In this document: piece by piece, positions 1-11,190 of the stretch
Layout: each line of letters starts with the position of its first letter
How positions within the stretch are numbered: the stretch's first letter is position 1
IMG/VR virus record: IMGVR_UViG_3300034073_005389
Span: 62,001 to 126,000 of that record
Length of the DNA: 64,000 bases
Direction: 5' to 3' (one strand)
Notes under the pieces: generated by a model
What the model was told of the DNA's origin: nothing
What the model saw: the letters and a program-made list of their open reading frames with translations, nothing else
Databases searched by the model: none
Position numbers and translations under genes: made by a program

Positions 1-235
1 AACCATCTAGAATATCTTTACTAAAATTAGCACTTAAATTAGGCTTTAATATACCTGGAGGTAGTAATAATTGCAGTTTTCCTAATACATCTAATAAATC
101 CTCTGGGAATCCTTCAGGAAAAGTAGTGATATTAGGAATATTTAAAGCAAATGGAACTCCAAACCCCGGAATGGCTGGACCACTAGGCGCGTCTGGAATA
201 GGAATTGATACATCATTAGGAGAGCAAGGGCACAT
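1..235 (-). CDS. Hypothetical baseplate-region protein, N-terminal part (runs off the window's left edge)
   Basis: Read manually: ATG at 235, open frame MCPCSPNDVSIPIPDAPSGPAIPGFGVPF... to the edge. Co-oriented with the operon; not in the ORF track. Confidence 0.7.
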   Translation of the reverse strand, partial: MCPCSPNDVSIPIPDAPSGPAIPGFGVPFALNIPNITTFPEGFPEDLLDVLGKLQLLLPPGILKPNLSANFSKDILDG

Positions 236-256
236 TGTGTTACTTATATATCACTA

Positions 257-616
257 TTATTTAGATTCACCTAACAACTTAGGCTCTTTGGGACCCTTTA
301 CATCTTCTACATCTAAAGCTTCTTCTAAATCTTCAATAAAGTTAGAAACTAAAGAATCAATTACTTTAGATAACTTTTCAACTCTTACATTTTCTACATC
401 ATAATATTTAGCTACTTTAGAAGCTAGTTCCCATAATCCTTGATAAATATCCCTATTCAAATCATCATAAGAATATTGATGCTCATGTTTCTCTAAACTT
501 TCTGGAGCATGTATTGCAAACATAATAGCATCAGCTAAAGCCGTCATCCCTTGTTCTCTAGCTTCTTCTGCTTGCAATAATAAACGATTGTGGGCTATTT
601 TATTTAATTTTGCCAT
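257..616 (-). CDS. Small helical hypothetical virion protein
   Basis: 119 aa with an AGGA RBS. Carries LNKIA and AEEAREQGMTALADAI, resembling the motifs in the head-interior proteins. Confidence 0.6.
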   Translation of the reverse strand: MAKLNKIAHNRLLLQAEEAREQGMTALADAIMFAIHAPESLEKHEHQYSYDDLNRDIYQGLWELASKVAKYYDVENVRVEKLSKVIDSLVSNFIEDLEEALDVEDVKGPKEPKLLGESK

Positions 617-624
617 AATTATCC

Positions 625-2697
625 TTATATTGATCCGCCAAAAACTTTTTTAACTAATCTTCCTTGAATAGTACAATTTTCTACATCTATTTCTAAATCA
701 GAGCCAGCAATTTTTATTTGCTTTGCAGCATATATATTTAAATTACCAGGAGTCATTAAAGTAACTCCATTATTATCTACTCTAAACATAGTTACTGTTT
801 TTCCATCGTTAAATACACGTAAATCTAACACGGCTCCAATCTGACCATTTACTTGTTTAACAAATCTGCTATCTCCAACTACACCTAGCCCGCCAACTTG
901 AATAAATACGTCTCCATTCATAGACATAGCTGCGCTCATATTTTTATTATCTCTACCAATGTTAGCTACAATGCCTCCAGCAGTATCTAACCATAAAGAC
1001 TGTCTATCTATAGTATTAGCTCCAACACTCATTTCAATTGATCCATCAAAATTTATTGAGCCGCTACGACCACCGGCATTTGCAGTAGAACCTCCTACTT
1101 GAATAGTATCTGTCACTACGTTTTTTAGTAGTGGAAATTCTTCTACATTGACAAATGGTTTAGAAGGATCTGTATATTGATATTTAACAAAATTATAACT
1201 TTGATGTGCGTAGCAAGTAGATAAAATATCGTGATAAGCCGTTCCATGCAACATATTTGCATTATATCTTCTATCCTTAGGAGTAGCTTCCGCTAAGCCA
1301 TCTTTTACATTGATAGATCCTGGCAAACTATTATAAACTAGTGTATTTAAATCTAACTTAGGAGCGGCAAAAGAATCTTGTAAAATATCAATTAAATCAT
1401 TATCGGGCAATAATTTATCTGGGTTTTCATTATCATCAGGACTTATATTGCAAAAATTTTCATATCTTGTTAAAAGAGCAATATTTCCTTTTTCTGAAGA
1501 AGCCGGGACATTTAATTTAAATTGCCCTTCTTTATCAATGTCAAAGAAAAATCTACTGCGAAGTCTACCATAGTCTGAGTTTGGAAACTTATTATCATAA
1601 CCAAATACATCTACAATATTGTTAGTTGGCTCATCTTCTCCACCAGAAATAGAGGCGCCCAACACATTGGTATTGCTAAAATCTTTTCTAGCATTTAATT
1701 CAAAATGAAAAGCAATTCCTTTTCTTTGTAATGCTCTTATTTTTTTGTAAGACTCTACTCTATCAATAGATATATTACTGTTAATTGTGTTTTGATCTTG
1801 TCCAATAGGAATTGGATATCGATTTATATCCAGAAAATTACCAAAAATATCTACAGCAGTGCCTTTTACTGTCTCCATCAAATAATTTGGAGATTCTAAT
1901 GTTAAGCTAAAAGTGTCTGCCTTACTTTTTCTTCTATTAGGTAAAGAATAAATAGTATTAGTTCCACCAGAAGAACTATAAATTAAAGATTCAGTAGTCT
2001 CATCTCTTACCTCTGCTAAATCTTGAAATTCATACAATATTTCTCTGCTCTCTACAAATGGAGGGTTTTTATTTGATCCGCCTAATCTAGGAGGTAAAGA
2101 AGGATCTAGAGAGATAACTGTATAATTAGGATCATACTTATCATTAGTAAGCCTACTATTTAAGTCCCAATCTGGATTAGTTCCTTTGTATAAAGTAGGC
2201 TTATCTCTTCTAATAATTCCATTAATATATTTTGAAGCCTGAGTATAATGTTGTTGATCTGCAAAGTTAGTAGTAAATAAACTTCTAACCGCATTTAAAT
2301 GCATTTTATTATTTTCAGAACCAATATAAGTACTAGAACTAATACTATCTAATCTAATTTGATTTTGATTATTGGCTGAAACTAATATTTCATCTTCGTT
2401 AACACTAGGAATTTGTTTTATATTCTCTGGTAAAAAACAAACAAAATAATATTTATTACCTGCTCCTTGACCTAAAATCACAGGAGTTCCTGGTTTAGGT
2501 CTTGCTCCAATAAATAACTTATTGGTCATAGTAAGAGGATAACTAACAGAAACTCTAACTGGCGCACTTTTTGCGCCAATTGATGCACTATTAGCTAATT
2601 CAACATACATTACATTAGTAGCAGGATCAAAGCTAGTAATCGCGCCTCTAATAAATAAACCAACAGGTTGATTAAAAATATGTGGGTTATTAGGCAT
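625..2697 (-). CDS. Putative baseplate central spike protein (gp5/gpV-like)
   Basis: The N-terminus resembles a spike OB-fold (GAITSFDPATN...P.PGTPVILG); the C-terminus is beta-rich. Lies downstream of the hub gene. Confidence 0.5.
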   Translation of the reverse strand: MPNNPHIFNQPVGLFIRGAITSFDPATNVMYVELANSASIGAKSAPVRVSVSYPLTMTNKLFIGARPKPGTPVILGQGAGNKYYFVCFLPENIKQIPSVNEDEILVSANNQNQIRLDSISSSTYIGSENNKMHLNAVRSLFTTNFADQQHYTQASKYINGIIRRDKPTLYKGTNPDWDLNSRLTNDKYDPNYTVISLDPSLPPRLGGSNKNPPFVESREILYEFQDLAEVRDETTESLIYSSSGGTNTIYSLPNRRKSKADTFSLTLESPNYLMETVKGTAVDIFGNFLDINRYPIPIGQDQNTINSNISIDRVESYKKIRALQRKGIAFHFELNARKDFSNTNVLGASISGGEDEPTNNIVDVFGYDNKFPNSDYGRLRSRFFFDIDKEGQFKLNVPASSEKGNIALLTRYENFCNISPDDNENPDKLLPDNDLIDILQDSFAAPKLDLNTLVYNSLPGSINVKDGLAEATPKDRRYNANMLHGTAYHDILSTCYAHQSYNFVKYQYTDPSKPFVNVEEFPLLKNVVTDTIQVGGSTANAGGRSGSINFDGSIEMSVGANTIDRQSLWLDTAGGIVANIGRDNKNMSAAMSMNGDVFIQVGGLGVVGDSRFVKQVNGQIGAVLDLRVFNDGKTVTMFRVDNNGVTLMTPGNLNIYAAKQIKIAGSDLEIDVENCTIQGRLVKKVFGGSI

Positions 2698-2699
2698 GA

Positions 2700-5600
2700 T
2701 TAAGTCCCCGTGGTTGGAGCGGTAGGCTGGGTAGTTGTTTGTGGTGGTTGTACATTTAATTTAACCCAACAATCTACTACATATGAAAATAGTGCTTTTC
2801 TTTGTTTATCTACTTCTACGCTTTTTCTAGGATCTGGGTTAATGGCATTGGCTCCAGCATTTGTATTTTCTTTATATTGTCTGTTGGCTAAAGACTGCTC
2901 TTTTTCTATTAATAATCCAGCTTGAGTGGTCAAATCTCTACTAATTGAAATAGCTTTTGCCGATGGAGAGCGATGATCTTCTTTAGAAGATACATCTACT
3001 TCTATAACTTGTACAGATTCTGGTGGGAACTGTATATTATTAATATTATTGTTAGATGCATCTTGTTGATTGAAAGTTGAATTACCACATAATATATCTT
3101 TAATATAATTAGCAAAGTTAACTAAATTTGTACTAGCAAATTTAGTTTTTTTACTATCATAATAAATTCTTAATTCAATTTTACTATTAACATTAGTTCC
3201 TTTTGCATTTTGAGTATAAATTAAATAAGAAGCATTATTTAATATATTATTTATTATTGTAGCATTAGCTGGACCATAATTAGGACCTCCAATATTTCCA
3301 TCTTTAGGAGGTTGAAAAGTCTCAGACTTATCATTTGGATCATACATAATGGCTCCATAACTAGATTCATTAAATGAGCTATTTTGCCTTTGTACTTGTA
3401 AAGACCCTGTTTCTTTATTATTAAATAATAATTTTCCAACTATATCTAAAGTAGTAGGAATATACTCTCCTGGAGCATGACCATAAGTAAGTGTTAGTGA
3501 AGTAGTAAAGCTTCTTCCTGAAGTATAGTTATGGCTAACAGAATCAACATAAAATAATAAGCCTTTGTCTTCTATAAATACTACTTCACCAGGTTGGTAG
3601 TACTCATTGCCAGATACTGTAACACTTCCTCTAATAATATTATTTCTAGCACGACTTAATAAACTAACAGCATAAGGAGCACATTGAGTATTTGGATCTC
3701 TTAAAAATGGAACAACTACTGGAGAGTTAGTTCCCAATAAACCATAATTTCTCCACAAATCATAATCAATTGCTTTTGCAGTAACTAATGCATTTCCATT
3801 AGCAGGAAATGAATTTAATCCTGAAGGTAAAGCATCAGGAGCCTCGCTAATTAAGGTTCCTTGAACTTCTACTGTTGTATACTCTGGAAAATTTTCTGAA
3901 AAATTATAATTAAGAATCTGACTATTTTTAATTACATATCTTTTACCCGCATCAGGACCATAATCATCATATGTCTCATCCTCAATCATGTGTTCAAAAA
4001 CTTCAGGAATATTATCATTTGCAAAAGCACCAGACACTAATAAACTATTAGTTACGGAAGAATCAGCATCTAGTGACTTATATTCTTTTGCATTTACCAA
4101 AGCACTAGCAAATATTTTAATTAATCTTTGTCTTTCTGATAATTTAGAAGCTAAATCTTTAGTTACTTTAAATACATCTACTTTAATACTAGCATTAGCG
4201 TCGCCTTGATTATTAGTAATATTTAAAGCTCCTGACCCATTAACTATATAAGCTATAGAGCTAAGAGAAACTTTTTGACCCGACTTATTTTCTATTCTAG
4301 TTTTTAACAAACTTAATAAATTGTTAGTTTCAAAATTAACAGAATCATCAATATTAAAAGAGCTATCTGCTAGTGTAGGATTTTTAGTAGTTTTTTCTAA
4401 TACTTGATTGATAAAAGAATATCTTTGTGCATTAGTAAAAATATCTTTAGTACTACTAGCTTGTCGCTGAATGGCATTAAATCCTGGAAATTGTTGACCG
4501 CTTTGACCTAAATTGACATCAGGATCTTTTTGAGTAACTAGTTGAGTGATATCTGCAATAAATCCATCTGAGTTAGATACAAAGGCAAATGCTTCGCCAG
4601 AACCGTTTGCAGATGGTCCATTTATAAATTTTTGAGCAGATACATCATCAAAATATTTTAGTATTGCACAGTCCAAACGAATATAATCTTCTATTATCTC
4701 TAATCGCTCTCGCAATGTAGTTAACTGTTCATTAAACAAATCTTCTAAAAATTGAGGAAAAATTTGTATACCAAAAGCTTTTTTCTGATACATCATCTTA
4801 TAGAAAACAGAGCTTGGCATTCTATTATACTGCGGCGGTCGCACTCTAATATGACCTTGAGAATCACAAAACACTTCTAAATTTAATAAGTTAGCAGCTG
4901 TTTTTATTTTTTGATCTACAGATAAAAATTGATTTTTATATAATTCCATCTGAGAAGCTAAAGCAGAATTAAATGCTGCAATATCATAATCTTTATCATA
5001 AAAATCATCTACAATAAATAAGTTTTTATCTTCGTTAGATCGAACAGCATATGACATTCTTCTAGTCAAAAAATTAACTTGTCTACGCAAAAACCTTCTT
5101 GTTTTTGGCATAACACTTTTTTCATCTTCTTTATAATAAAATTCATCAGAGTTAAAAGAAATAGTATCTCCTACTTGTACAAAAGCTTGAGTATTATCTT
5201 TTTTAACTTGATTCATTAAATCATTAATTTCTTTATTTAACTGCTGTCTAGCATTAGAAATTATTTGAGCTTGGTCAGAATCCACGCCCAATCCTAAAGC
5301 CTTGGCTTGATCAGTAGTAGCATATGTGCCTATTAATACGGCTTTGTCATTTAATTCTGCTAATCTTTTTAATTTTTCATTAACTTGTCGATTTGTATCT
5401 TCAATTCTTGCTAAAGTAAAAATAGCTTGTTTGTATTCAGCCTCATTGACGCTTAATGTTTTAAAAGGAATAAAATTTCCCCATAACATATTTCTTTTTT
5501 GCAAATCATTTTGTAATGAAGTAAAAAATGAGCGAGCAGGATCTTCTTGCGACTGAGGATCTCTACCAAAACCATTTAATTTTGTCACTGCATTCCAATA

Positions 5601-7766
5601 AGTAGCAAAATTATAAGGAACTCCTGTAATTGACAAAGAAATAACATTAATTACATCTTGTCCAGCAAAAGCCTCTTGCGTTAAAGAAGGTATTCCAACA
5701 TTATTTGGACTATTTAAATCAAATGAACTTCCAAATTGAACAAAAGCCCCAATACCTTCTTTCCACTTATAAACCAATCCATCAGGAGCATAAAAAGTTC
5801 TTGTAAATCTTTTTGTAATAGGATCTACAGTTTTGTCTTGTATATAATTATCTTTAGTAACAGTTCTACCCGCATTAGGTCCTGATTTAGCCTTTAAATA
5901 TGAACCTGTACCATCTGATTTAAATCCTAAGATAACTTGATTTTCTTCTAATAGTTCTGGAGTTTCATTTTTAAAATTACTGGAAACAGTATCAAATCTA
6001 CTTTTAAAAGGAGTCAAAGGATCATAAAATATTCCATTCCAAGCATCTACTGACGGGTTAAAATTAACGCTACCTAATGTTAGGTATTTAAAATTGTCTG
6101 AACCATTAATAGAAACATCATATACTCCGCTAGAATAGCTAGAATCTGCCGATTGCACTAAACCAGCAAATACATGAGTTCCTTCTTTTTCCGTAACAAA
6201 TTGAGTTCTAAGTAAAGACCATAAATAGCTGGGAAACTCTGGTCCTACAAATGCAGATTTTTCTACCATGGTAGTTAAATCAGAAGGCTTAAATAACTCT
6301 ACGCCCTGCTTTCTAATATCAGTGAAGGCTCCACCAACAGCTTGTAAAAAGTTTACTCCAGTAAACATAGTTTTTAAGCCGCTCAACAATTTATTATCAT
6401 ATTTAGACTTAGAATTTATATAAATATGAATAGGATCAAAAGGCTGTATTAATAATTTGCCTAAGAAATTAAATCTTAATTTTCTTCTAGCATAATTAGT
6501 ATCTTTGTTACCTTGTTGAAAAGCATTCTGAGAATTTGTATCTAAATCAATTTTAGAATAAATAGTATAAACTAATTGCTGAAATAATTCTAATTCAGAT
6601 ACTGGAAAAAATCTAGGATCTCCATTTACTGTTTTTACTTTTTCAACAGATAATCCATCATATCCTGCAACCGCTCCACCTTGTAAATACTCCTCTGTGA
6701 CAAGAACAGATGGATTTTCAAAAAATTGATACTCAAATCGTAATTCTGTACCAGTACTTTCTATTATTGCTGTCACCCTACGAGACAATAATGTTTCTGG
6801 ATTAATTTTAAATGTAATAGGGCTGGCTTGCCTGGCACTACGTAATGTATTTAATTTTTCATTAAAACCATTAATAGCCTGCTCTGCCGCTTCTTTACCA
6901 AATTGAAATGATTTGTGATTAGCAAACAAATTACTAGCATCACTTATTGCCTTTTCAATATCATACTCTGTAATCACCATCATATTATACGGATCAGTAA
7001 TGCTTAAATTAAAGCTACCGGATCCATTTAAATTAGTAGTAGTCCTTAATCTGGTAAAATTAGTAATTTCAATTACACCAGTACCTTCCCCAAACTGAGA
7101 TTGAAATAAATTAGAGCTATCTGTAATCCAGTTAGTAGTAAATGAGGGAGAATTAAAAGAATATAGTCTTCTTACTCTGCCCATTACTTCTTGAAAAGAT
7201 CCCATAGAAGTATTAGTGCTACCGCCGCTATTTGTAAAATTATTGCTCTCTGTAACCACAGAGTTAGCAGTTGGAGTAGTACTAAACTGGTCTGATAAAG
7301 TAAATAAAATAGGCATTAACTGATCATCTACTTGACCAGTAATAGCACTAATTTTTTGTATTTTTGATAACTTTTCTAAGGCAGCAATTTGTCTACATTT
7401 ATTTTGAAACAATACTTTCATGGACTTATAATATAGTCTTTCATCTTTGTCCATGTATTCAGGTCTATAGTTTTCTCCTAATGAAGAAAGCATTCTTTTT
7501 TTAACTAAAATAGTAGCAGAAGGCTCTTGCATTAGTATTTCAAATTGCTTAGTATCTACATTAGCAGAATCTCTTCTTAAGAACCCGTTTTCTAAATATT
7601 TTCTTTCTGCAGACTGATTTATTTTGGAAGCAAAATCTCCTAATGCACCATATTTAACAGTTTGCCCATCAATTACTTTGTCTAAACTATGAGTAGTATT
7701 CTCCCCTAAAGAGAACTGACTTTGTAATTGATTGGCAAGTGGTCCTAAAAAATCATTTTCTGACAT
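2700..7766 (-). CDS. Putative baseplate hub protein (gp27/late control D-like) with large insertions
   Basis: 1688 aa. Hub-like segments GSFNLSITDP, LEVFCDSQGHIRVRPPQY and GSVTVSGNEYYQPGEVVFI...FYVDSVSHNY; position after the tape measure gene. Confidence 0.6.
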   Translation of the reverse strand: MSENDFLGPLANQLQSQFSLGENTTHSLDKVIDGQTVKYGALGDFASKINQSAERKYLENGFLRRDSANVDTKQFEILMQEPSATILVKKRMLSSLGENYRPEYMDKDERLYYKSMKVLFQNKCRQIAALEKLSKIQKISAITGQVDDQLMPILFTLSDQFSTTPTANSVVTESNNFTNSGGSTNTSMGSFQEVMGRVRRLYSFNSPSFTTNWITDSSNLFQSQFGEGTGVIEITNFTRLRTTTNLNGSGSFNLSITDPYNMMVITEYDIEKAISDASNLFANHKSFQFGKEAAEQAINGFNEKLNTLRSARQASPITFKINPETLLSRRVTAIIESTGTELRFEYQFFENPSVLVTEEYLQGGAVAGYDGLSVEKVKTVNGDPRFFPVSELELFQQLVYTIYSKIDLDTNSQNAFQQGNKDTNYARRKLRFNFLGKLLIQPFDPIHIYINSKSKYDNKLLSGLKTMFTGVNFLQAVGGAFTDIRKQGVELFKPSDLTTMVEKSAFVGPEFPSYLWSLLRTQFVTEKEGTHVFAGLVQSADSSYSSGVYDVSINGSDNFKYLTLGSVNFNPSVDAWNGIFYDPLTPFKSRFDTVSSNFKNETPELLEENQVILGFKSDGTGSYLKAKSGPNAGRTVTKDNYIQDKTVDPITKRFTRTFYAPDGLVYKWKEGIGAFVQFGSSFDLNSPNNVGIPSLTQEAFAGQDVINVISLSITGVPYNFATYWNAVTKLNGFGRDPQSQEDPARSFFTSLQNDLQKRNMLWGNFIPFKTLSVNEAEYKQAIFTLARIEDTNRQVNEKLKRLAELNDKAVLIGTYATTDQAKALGLGVDSDQAQIISNARQQLNKEINDLMNQVKKDNTQAFVQVGDTISFNSDEFYYKEDEKSVMPKTRRFLRRQVNFLTRRMSYAVRSNEDKNLFIVDDFYDKDYDIAAFNSALASQMELYKNQFLSVDQKIKTAANLLNLEVFCDSQGHIRVRPPQYNRMPSSVFYKMMYQKKAFGIQIFPQFLEDLFNEQLTTLRERLEIIEDYIRLDCAILKYFDDVSAQKFINGPSANGSGEAFAFVSNSDGFIADITQLVTQKDPDVNLGQSGQQFPGFNAIQRQASSTKDIFTNAQRYSFINQVLEKTTKNPTLADSSFNIDDSVNFETNNLLSLLKTRIENKSGQKVSLSSIAYIVNGSGALNITNNQGDANASIKVDVFKVTKDLASKLSERQRLIKIFASALVNAKEYKSLDADSSVTNSLLVSGAFANDNIPEVFEHMIEDETYDDYGPDAGKRYVIKNSQILNYNFSENFPEYTTVEVQGTLISEAPDALPSGLNSFPANGNALVTAKAIDYDLWRNYGLLGTNSPVVVPFLRDPNTQCAPYAVSLLSRARNNIIRGSVTVSGNEYYQPGEVVFIEDKGLLFYVDSVSHNYTSGRSFTTSLTLTYGHAPGEYIPTTLDIVGKLLFNNKETGSLQVQRQNSSFNESSYGAIMYDPNDKSETFQPPKDGNIGGPNYGPANATIINNILNNASYLIYTQNAKGTNVNSKIELRIYYDSKKTKFASTNLVNFANYIKDILCGNSTFNQQDASNNNINNIQFPPESVQVIEVDVSSKEDHRSPSAKAISISRDLTTQAGLLIEKEQSLANRQYKENTNAGANAINPDPRKSVEVDKQRKALFSYVVDCWVKLNVQPPQTTTQPTAPTTGT

Positions 7767-7770
7767 ATGA

Positions 7771-8706
7771 TTACCTATTTGTTCTAGTTCCTGGATCTCC
7801 TAATGTGGCGTATCCGGAGAAAGAAGATGGTGTAGTGTATTGGCTGGGTCCATTGGCAGGATTCTTGTGCCATGGGAAGTAATTGGTTCTGTATCCACGA
7901 CGCTGTGTTACAGTAAAACTCATATTATAATTCCAAATAAATTCTGTAGTTTCTGCAAAATCAAAACCAGTAAAGTATCCTCTATATACCCAACCATCAT
8001 AATACATTTCTACAGTAAATGCAAGTTGTGCCAAAGAAGTGTAATTACTAGCTGCCAAAGAATTTGTTGGAGTATTTAATCCAAATAATCCTCCTACTAC
8101 TCCAGCATTTTGTACTGTATTGCCCGCAGATGTTGTAGCCGTACCACCAAACAACAATCCGCCAATGCTACCACCAATTGCGTTTCCAATAGCATTAAAA
8201 CCATCAGTGGCTAAATTTTGAGCAGCGTTATTAGCAGAGATAACTAATCCTGTAGTATCAAAAGCATATTGTTCAGCCCTATATATTTCATATAAAACGT
8301 TAATTCCTTCAACTCCAGCACTGCCAGTGGTACCGCTAATAGATAAAGTAGGAAGCTCTTCTCCCCAATATTGTAATGTATAACCTCCTTTGGTCATAGA
8401 TGTATTAATTAATTTTCTAAAATTATATCTAATTTGATTAGGATTAATATACATTCTAACTGTGCCAAATTCTGGAACAAACCAAGTAATAGTATTTCTT
8501 CTTAATTTAGCATCTCTATAAGTAGGAACTTTTGTGTTAGGAAGACCATTGCCATCGGCTGAAAAAGTAGCAGGAATTAAAAAACCATCTGCTTTAAATT
8601 TTTCTTCTGAATTTTGAGTTAATGGACTAGACTGATTTAATATATCTTGCGCATCTTTAACAAATTGCAAAGCATCTTTTAAATCATTATTAGTATATTC
8701 AGCCAT
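7771..8706 (-). CDS. Putative tail tube initiator / baseplate protein
   Basis: MYINPNQI...QYWGEELPTLSISGTTG...YRGYFTGFDF pattern; directly after the tape measure gene. Confidence 0.55.
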   Translation of the reverse strand: MAEYTNNDLKDALQFVKDAQDILNQSSPLTQNSEEKFKADGFLIPATFSADGNGLPNTKVPTYRDAKLRRNTITWFVPEFGTVRMYINPNQIRYNFRKLINTSMTKGGYTLQYWGEELPTLSISGTTGSAGVEGINVLYEIYRAEQYAFDTTGLVISANNAAQNLATDGFNAIGNAIGGSIGGLLFGGTATTSAGNTVQNAGVVGGLFGLNTPTNSLAASNYTSLAQLAFTVEMYYDGWVYRGYFTGFDFAETTEFIWNYNMSFTVTQRRGYRTNYFPWHKNPANGPSQYTTPSSFSGYATLGDPGTRTNR

Positions 8707-8724
8707 GTGGTTCCTTTAAAATAA

Positions 8725-10821
8725 TTATTGATTTCCAGTATTTACTACTCTAGAGTGACTTGTTTCTAAAGAATTCTTACAATGCATACAAATAGCAGTT
8801 ACTTTTAAATCTACTTTTGATTCTACTGGCTTTGTACGCTGATCTTGTTGAGTGGCGGTTGCCGGTTTAGCGGCTGTAGCAGCAGGAGCTGCAGTAACTC
8901 TAACTGCCTCTCTTGTTTCTTGTTGCAATGTTCTATCTCTTCCTGCTCTAGCTAAATCTCTATTTAATTCTTCTCTTTGTCTTTCTTCACTAATAGCTGG
9001 TTTAGTAAATCCAAAAATACCTTTAACAGTATCAGCCATAGCAGCTCCAAAATTTAATACCGATTTAGGAACGTCTTTAAAATCTTCATATAATTTAAAC
9101 TGCTGCTGTCCAGTAACTGACTCTGCTGGTTTTGTGCTTAATTGTAATTTATTTATATCTGTTGCAAATTCAGAATATCTTTTGCTAAAATCAGTTAAAC
9201 TTCTTCTTTGTTGTTCCTGAGCCTCTGTATCTGCCGTTTCAAATCCTGCAGCTGCAGTCCCAGTTCTTTGCATCATTCCTAGTGATGGTAAATCTCTAGA
9301 AGATTGAGCTTGTTCCATTAAAATTCTCATTTTTTGTAATTCACCAAAAGATTGCATTTGAATATCGTTGCCTTTATTCATAGTATCTTTTAATATTCCT
9401 TCTTTTAATTCAGCAGGAGCGCCTTTACCTTCTTGCATACCCTTTAGTCCTTCTAGTAGCCTCATAGCATCTTGATCTGTTTTTGCCATACCTCCTAAAG
9501 GACCTTGTTTTAAAATCATTATCTGCCTGGTAAGCTGCGCGGCTGCAGCCTCGCTAGAAGCGGCTTCTTGTACTGTTACAATTTTACCTAATTGACCTTC
9601 CATTTGCTTTCTTACTTTATCCATCACGCCTTCAATATCACCTTCTCTCATCATTTGTTCTATTTGAAAAGCGCCACGCAATCCACCTGCGCCACCTGTT
9701 TGGGCAGATAAAAATCCTTTTTGTGCTAATGTTAAATTTTTAACTTGAGTTTCCATATTAGTTAATATGCTAATTGCATCTTGACCAGTTAATCCTGTTT
9801 CTTTTAATGCGCCAACATATTGATTAAAAATTTTAGCTGCTCCTTCTGCCATTCTATTAGCAGCTTCTCCAGTATCTGCTAATCCTTTAAAAGCTTGCGC
9901 TGTAGCTAAAATACCCGCCCTAACATCTTCCATTCTAATTTTAAGATTACTAGATAACTCGCTAATTCTAGCAGTAAAAGTTAAAGCTTTTTCGCCAGTT
10001 AAGCCATAATTTGTAAAAGCTGAATTTAAATCAGTTACTACTCCTGTAAAATCTTGACCAGTACCACGAGCTACATTAATAGCTCCTTGTAACATAGTCA
10101 TACCACGAGCCGTACCATCTAGTCCTGTTACAGTTTCTTTTAATCCACCCGGTAACTTGCCAATTTCCATATAATATTTTTCTACTTCACCAATGCTATG
10201 GTTAGTAGCTGCAGCCACTGAGTCAATCATGGCTCTTTGTTCAGACATAACTGCATTTAAGTTTTTAAATCCATCACCACTTCTAGTAAAAATTTCTCCT
10301 AGCTCACCTGACTTTGCACCAAGACTAAGATAACTTCTTTCTAGCTTAATAGCATTATCAGCATGTTCCATCATAGTCTTACCGACCGATTTAATATGAC
10401 TAGATAGTGCTTGAATTGTAGTAAATTGACTAGGATCTAAATTTATTCCTATTTTTTCTTTAGCAAATTTTAATAATTTACCAAATCCACCTTCACCCTC
10501 ACTAGTTATTTTATTTATTTCAGATTCAATAACAGTAAAAGACTCTTTAAAAGAACCAACTCCTTCAAAAGCAAATCCTTGAAAAGCTTGACGTGCTCCT
10601 AAAACATTAGCTGATAATAAGCTTATTGCTTGTGATTGATTTTCTGTCAGCTGCCTATTTTTATTTATTGAATCATTGGTAGACTCAAGAGCCTTATCTA
10701 CATTAGAAAAAATTCCAATTAAACTTTCAAATCCAGCTTGTAAAAAACCAGTTTTTTCAGTTGTATCTGTTAAAGCTTCAGAAGTTTCTTTTAGTTTTTT
10801 AGGGTCTATTGAATCAACCAT
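8725..10821 (-). CDS. Tape measure protein
   Basis: 698 aa, helical and Ala/Gly/Gln-rich; follows the tube gene and the frameshifted chaperone pair. Confidence 0.7.
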   Translation of the reverse strand: MVDSIDPKKLKETSEALTDTTEKTGFLQAGFESLIGIFSNVDKALESTNDSINKNRQLTENQSQAISLLSANVLGARQAFQGFAFEGVGSFKESFTVIESEINKITSEGEGGFGKLLKFAKEKIGINLDPSQFTTIQALSSHIKSVGKTMMEHADNAIKLERSYLSLGAKSGELGEIFTRSGDGFKNLNAVMSEQRAMIDSVAAATNHSIGEVEKYYMEIGKLPGGLKETVTGLDGTARGMTMLQGAINVARGTGQDFTGVVTDLNSAFTNYGLTGEKALTFTARISELSSNLKIRMEDVRAGILATAQAFKGLADTGEAANRMAEGAAKIFNQYVGALKETGLTGQDAISILTNMETQVKNLTLAQKGFLSAQTGGAGGLRGAFQIEQMMREGDIEGVMDKVRKQMEGQLGKIVTVQEAASSEAAAAQLTRQIMILKQGPLGGMAKTDQDAMRLLEGLKGMQEGKGAPAELKEGILKDTMNKGNDIQMQSFGELQKMRILMEQAQSSRDLPSLGMMQRTGTAAAGFETADTEAQEQQRRSLTDFSKRYSEFATDINKLQLSTKPAESVTGQQQFKLYEDFKDVPKSVLNFGAAMADTVKGIFGFTKPAISEERQREELNRDLARAGRDRTLQQETREAVRVTAAPAATAAKPATATQQDQRTKPVESKVDLKVTAICMHCKNSLETSHSRVVNTGNQ

Positions 10822-10822
10822 A

Positions 10823-11190
10823 TTAGTCCTTTATAATTCTTCTTTTTCTTTTTCTTACTTCTTTATTTTGTGTTAAAATTGGATTTTTTGACAATATACT
10901 AAAAGTTTGCTCTCTTACCATTTTGCTAGACTCTTCAAAATCATCTTCAGTAGAAGTAAATTTGTTACCAGAATCTAATAATTCTTTAACGGCATCTGGA
11001 TTAGTAAATGATCCTATTAGATATGCGTGATTTTTAGCTAATTCTATTTGTTCTTTTTGATCAACTTGCCAATTTTGAAACATCCATATTTTTAGAACCG
11101 GATCCATCTCAGTAATAAATGGATCATCTGGTAAAACTTTATATGTTGTACATAAAAACCAGATAAATCTATGATCCGGTTCATTTTCTA
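10823..11190 (-). CDS. Tail assembly chaperone, -1 frame extension (gpT-like part of a G/GT pair)
   Basis: The frame of ORF 10823..11107 stays open back to the A7 run at 11191-11197, reading IENEPDHRFIWFLCTTYKVLPDDPFITEMDPVLKIW. Confidence 0.8.

Noticed and set aside
126-404. Plus-strand 92-aa ORF and the many other short antisense ORFs in the track
   Set aside because: They are shadows of long minus-strand genes, with no RBS or motif support.
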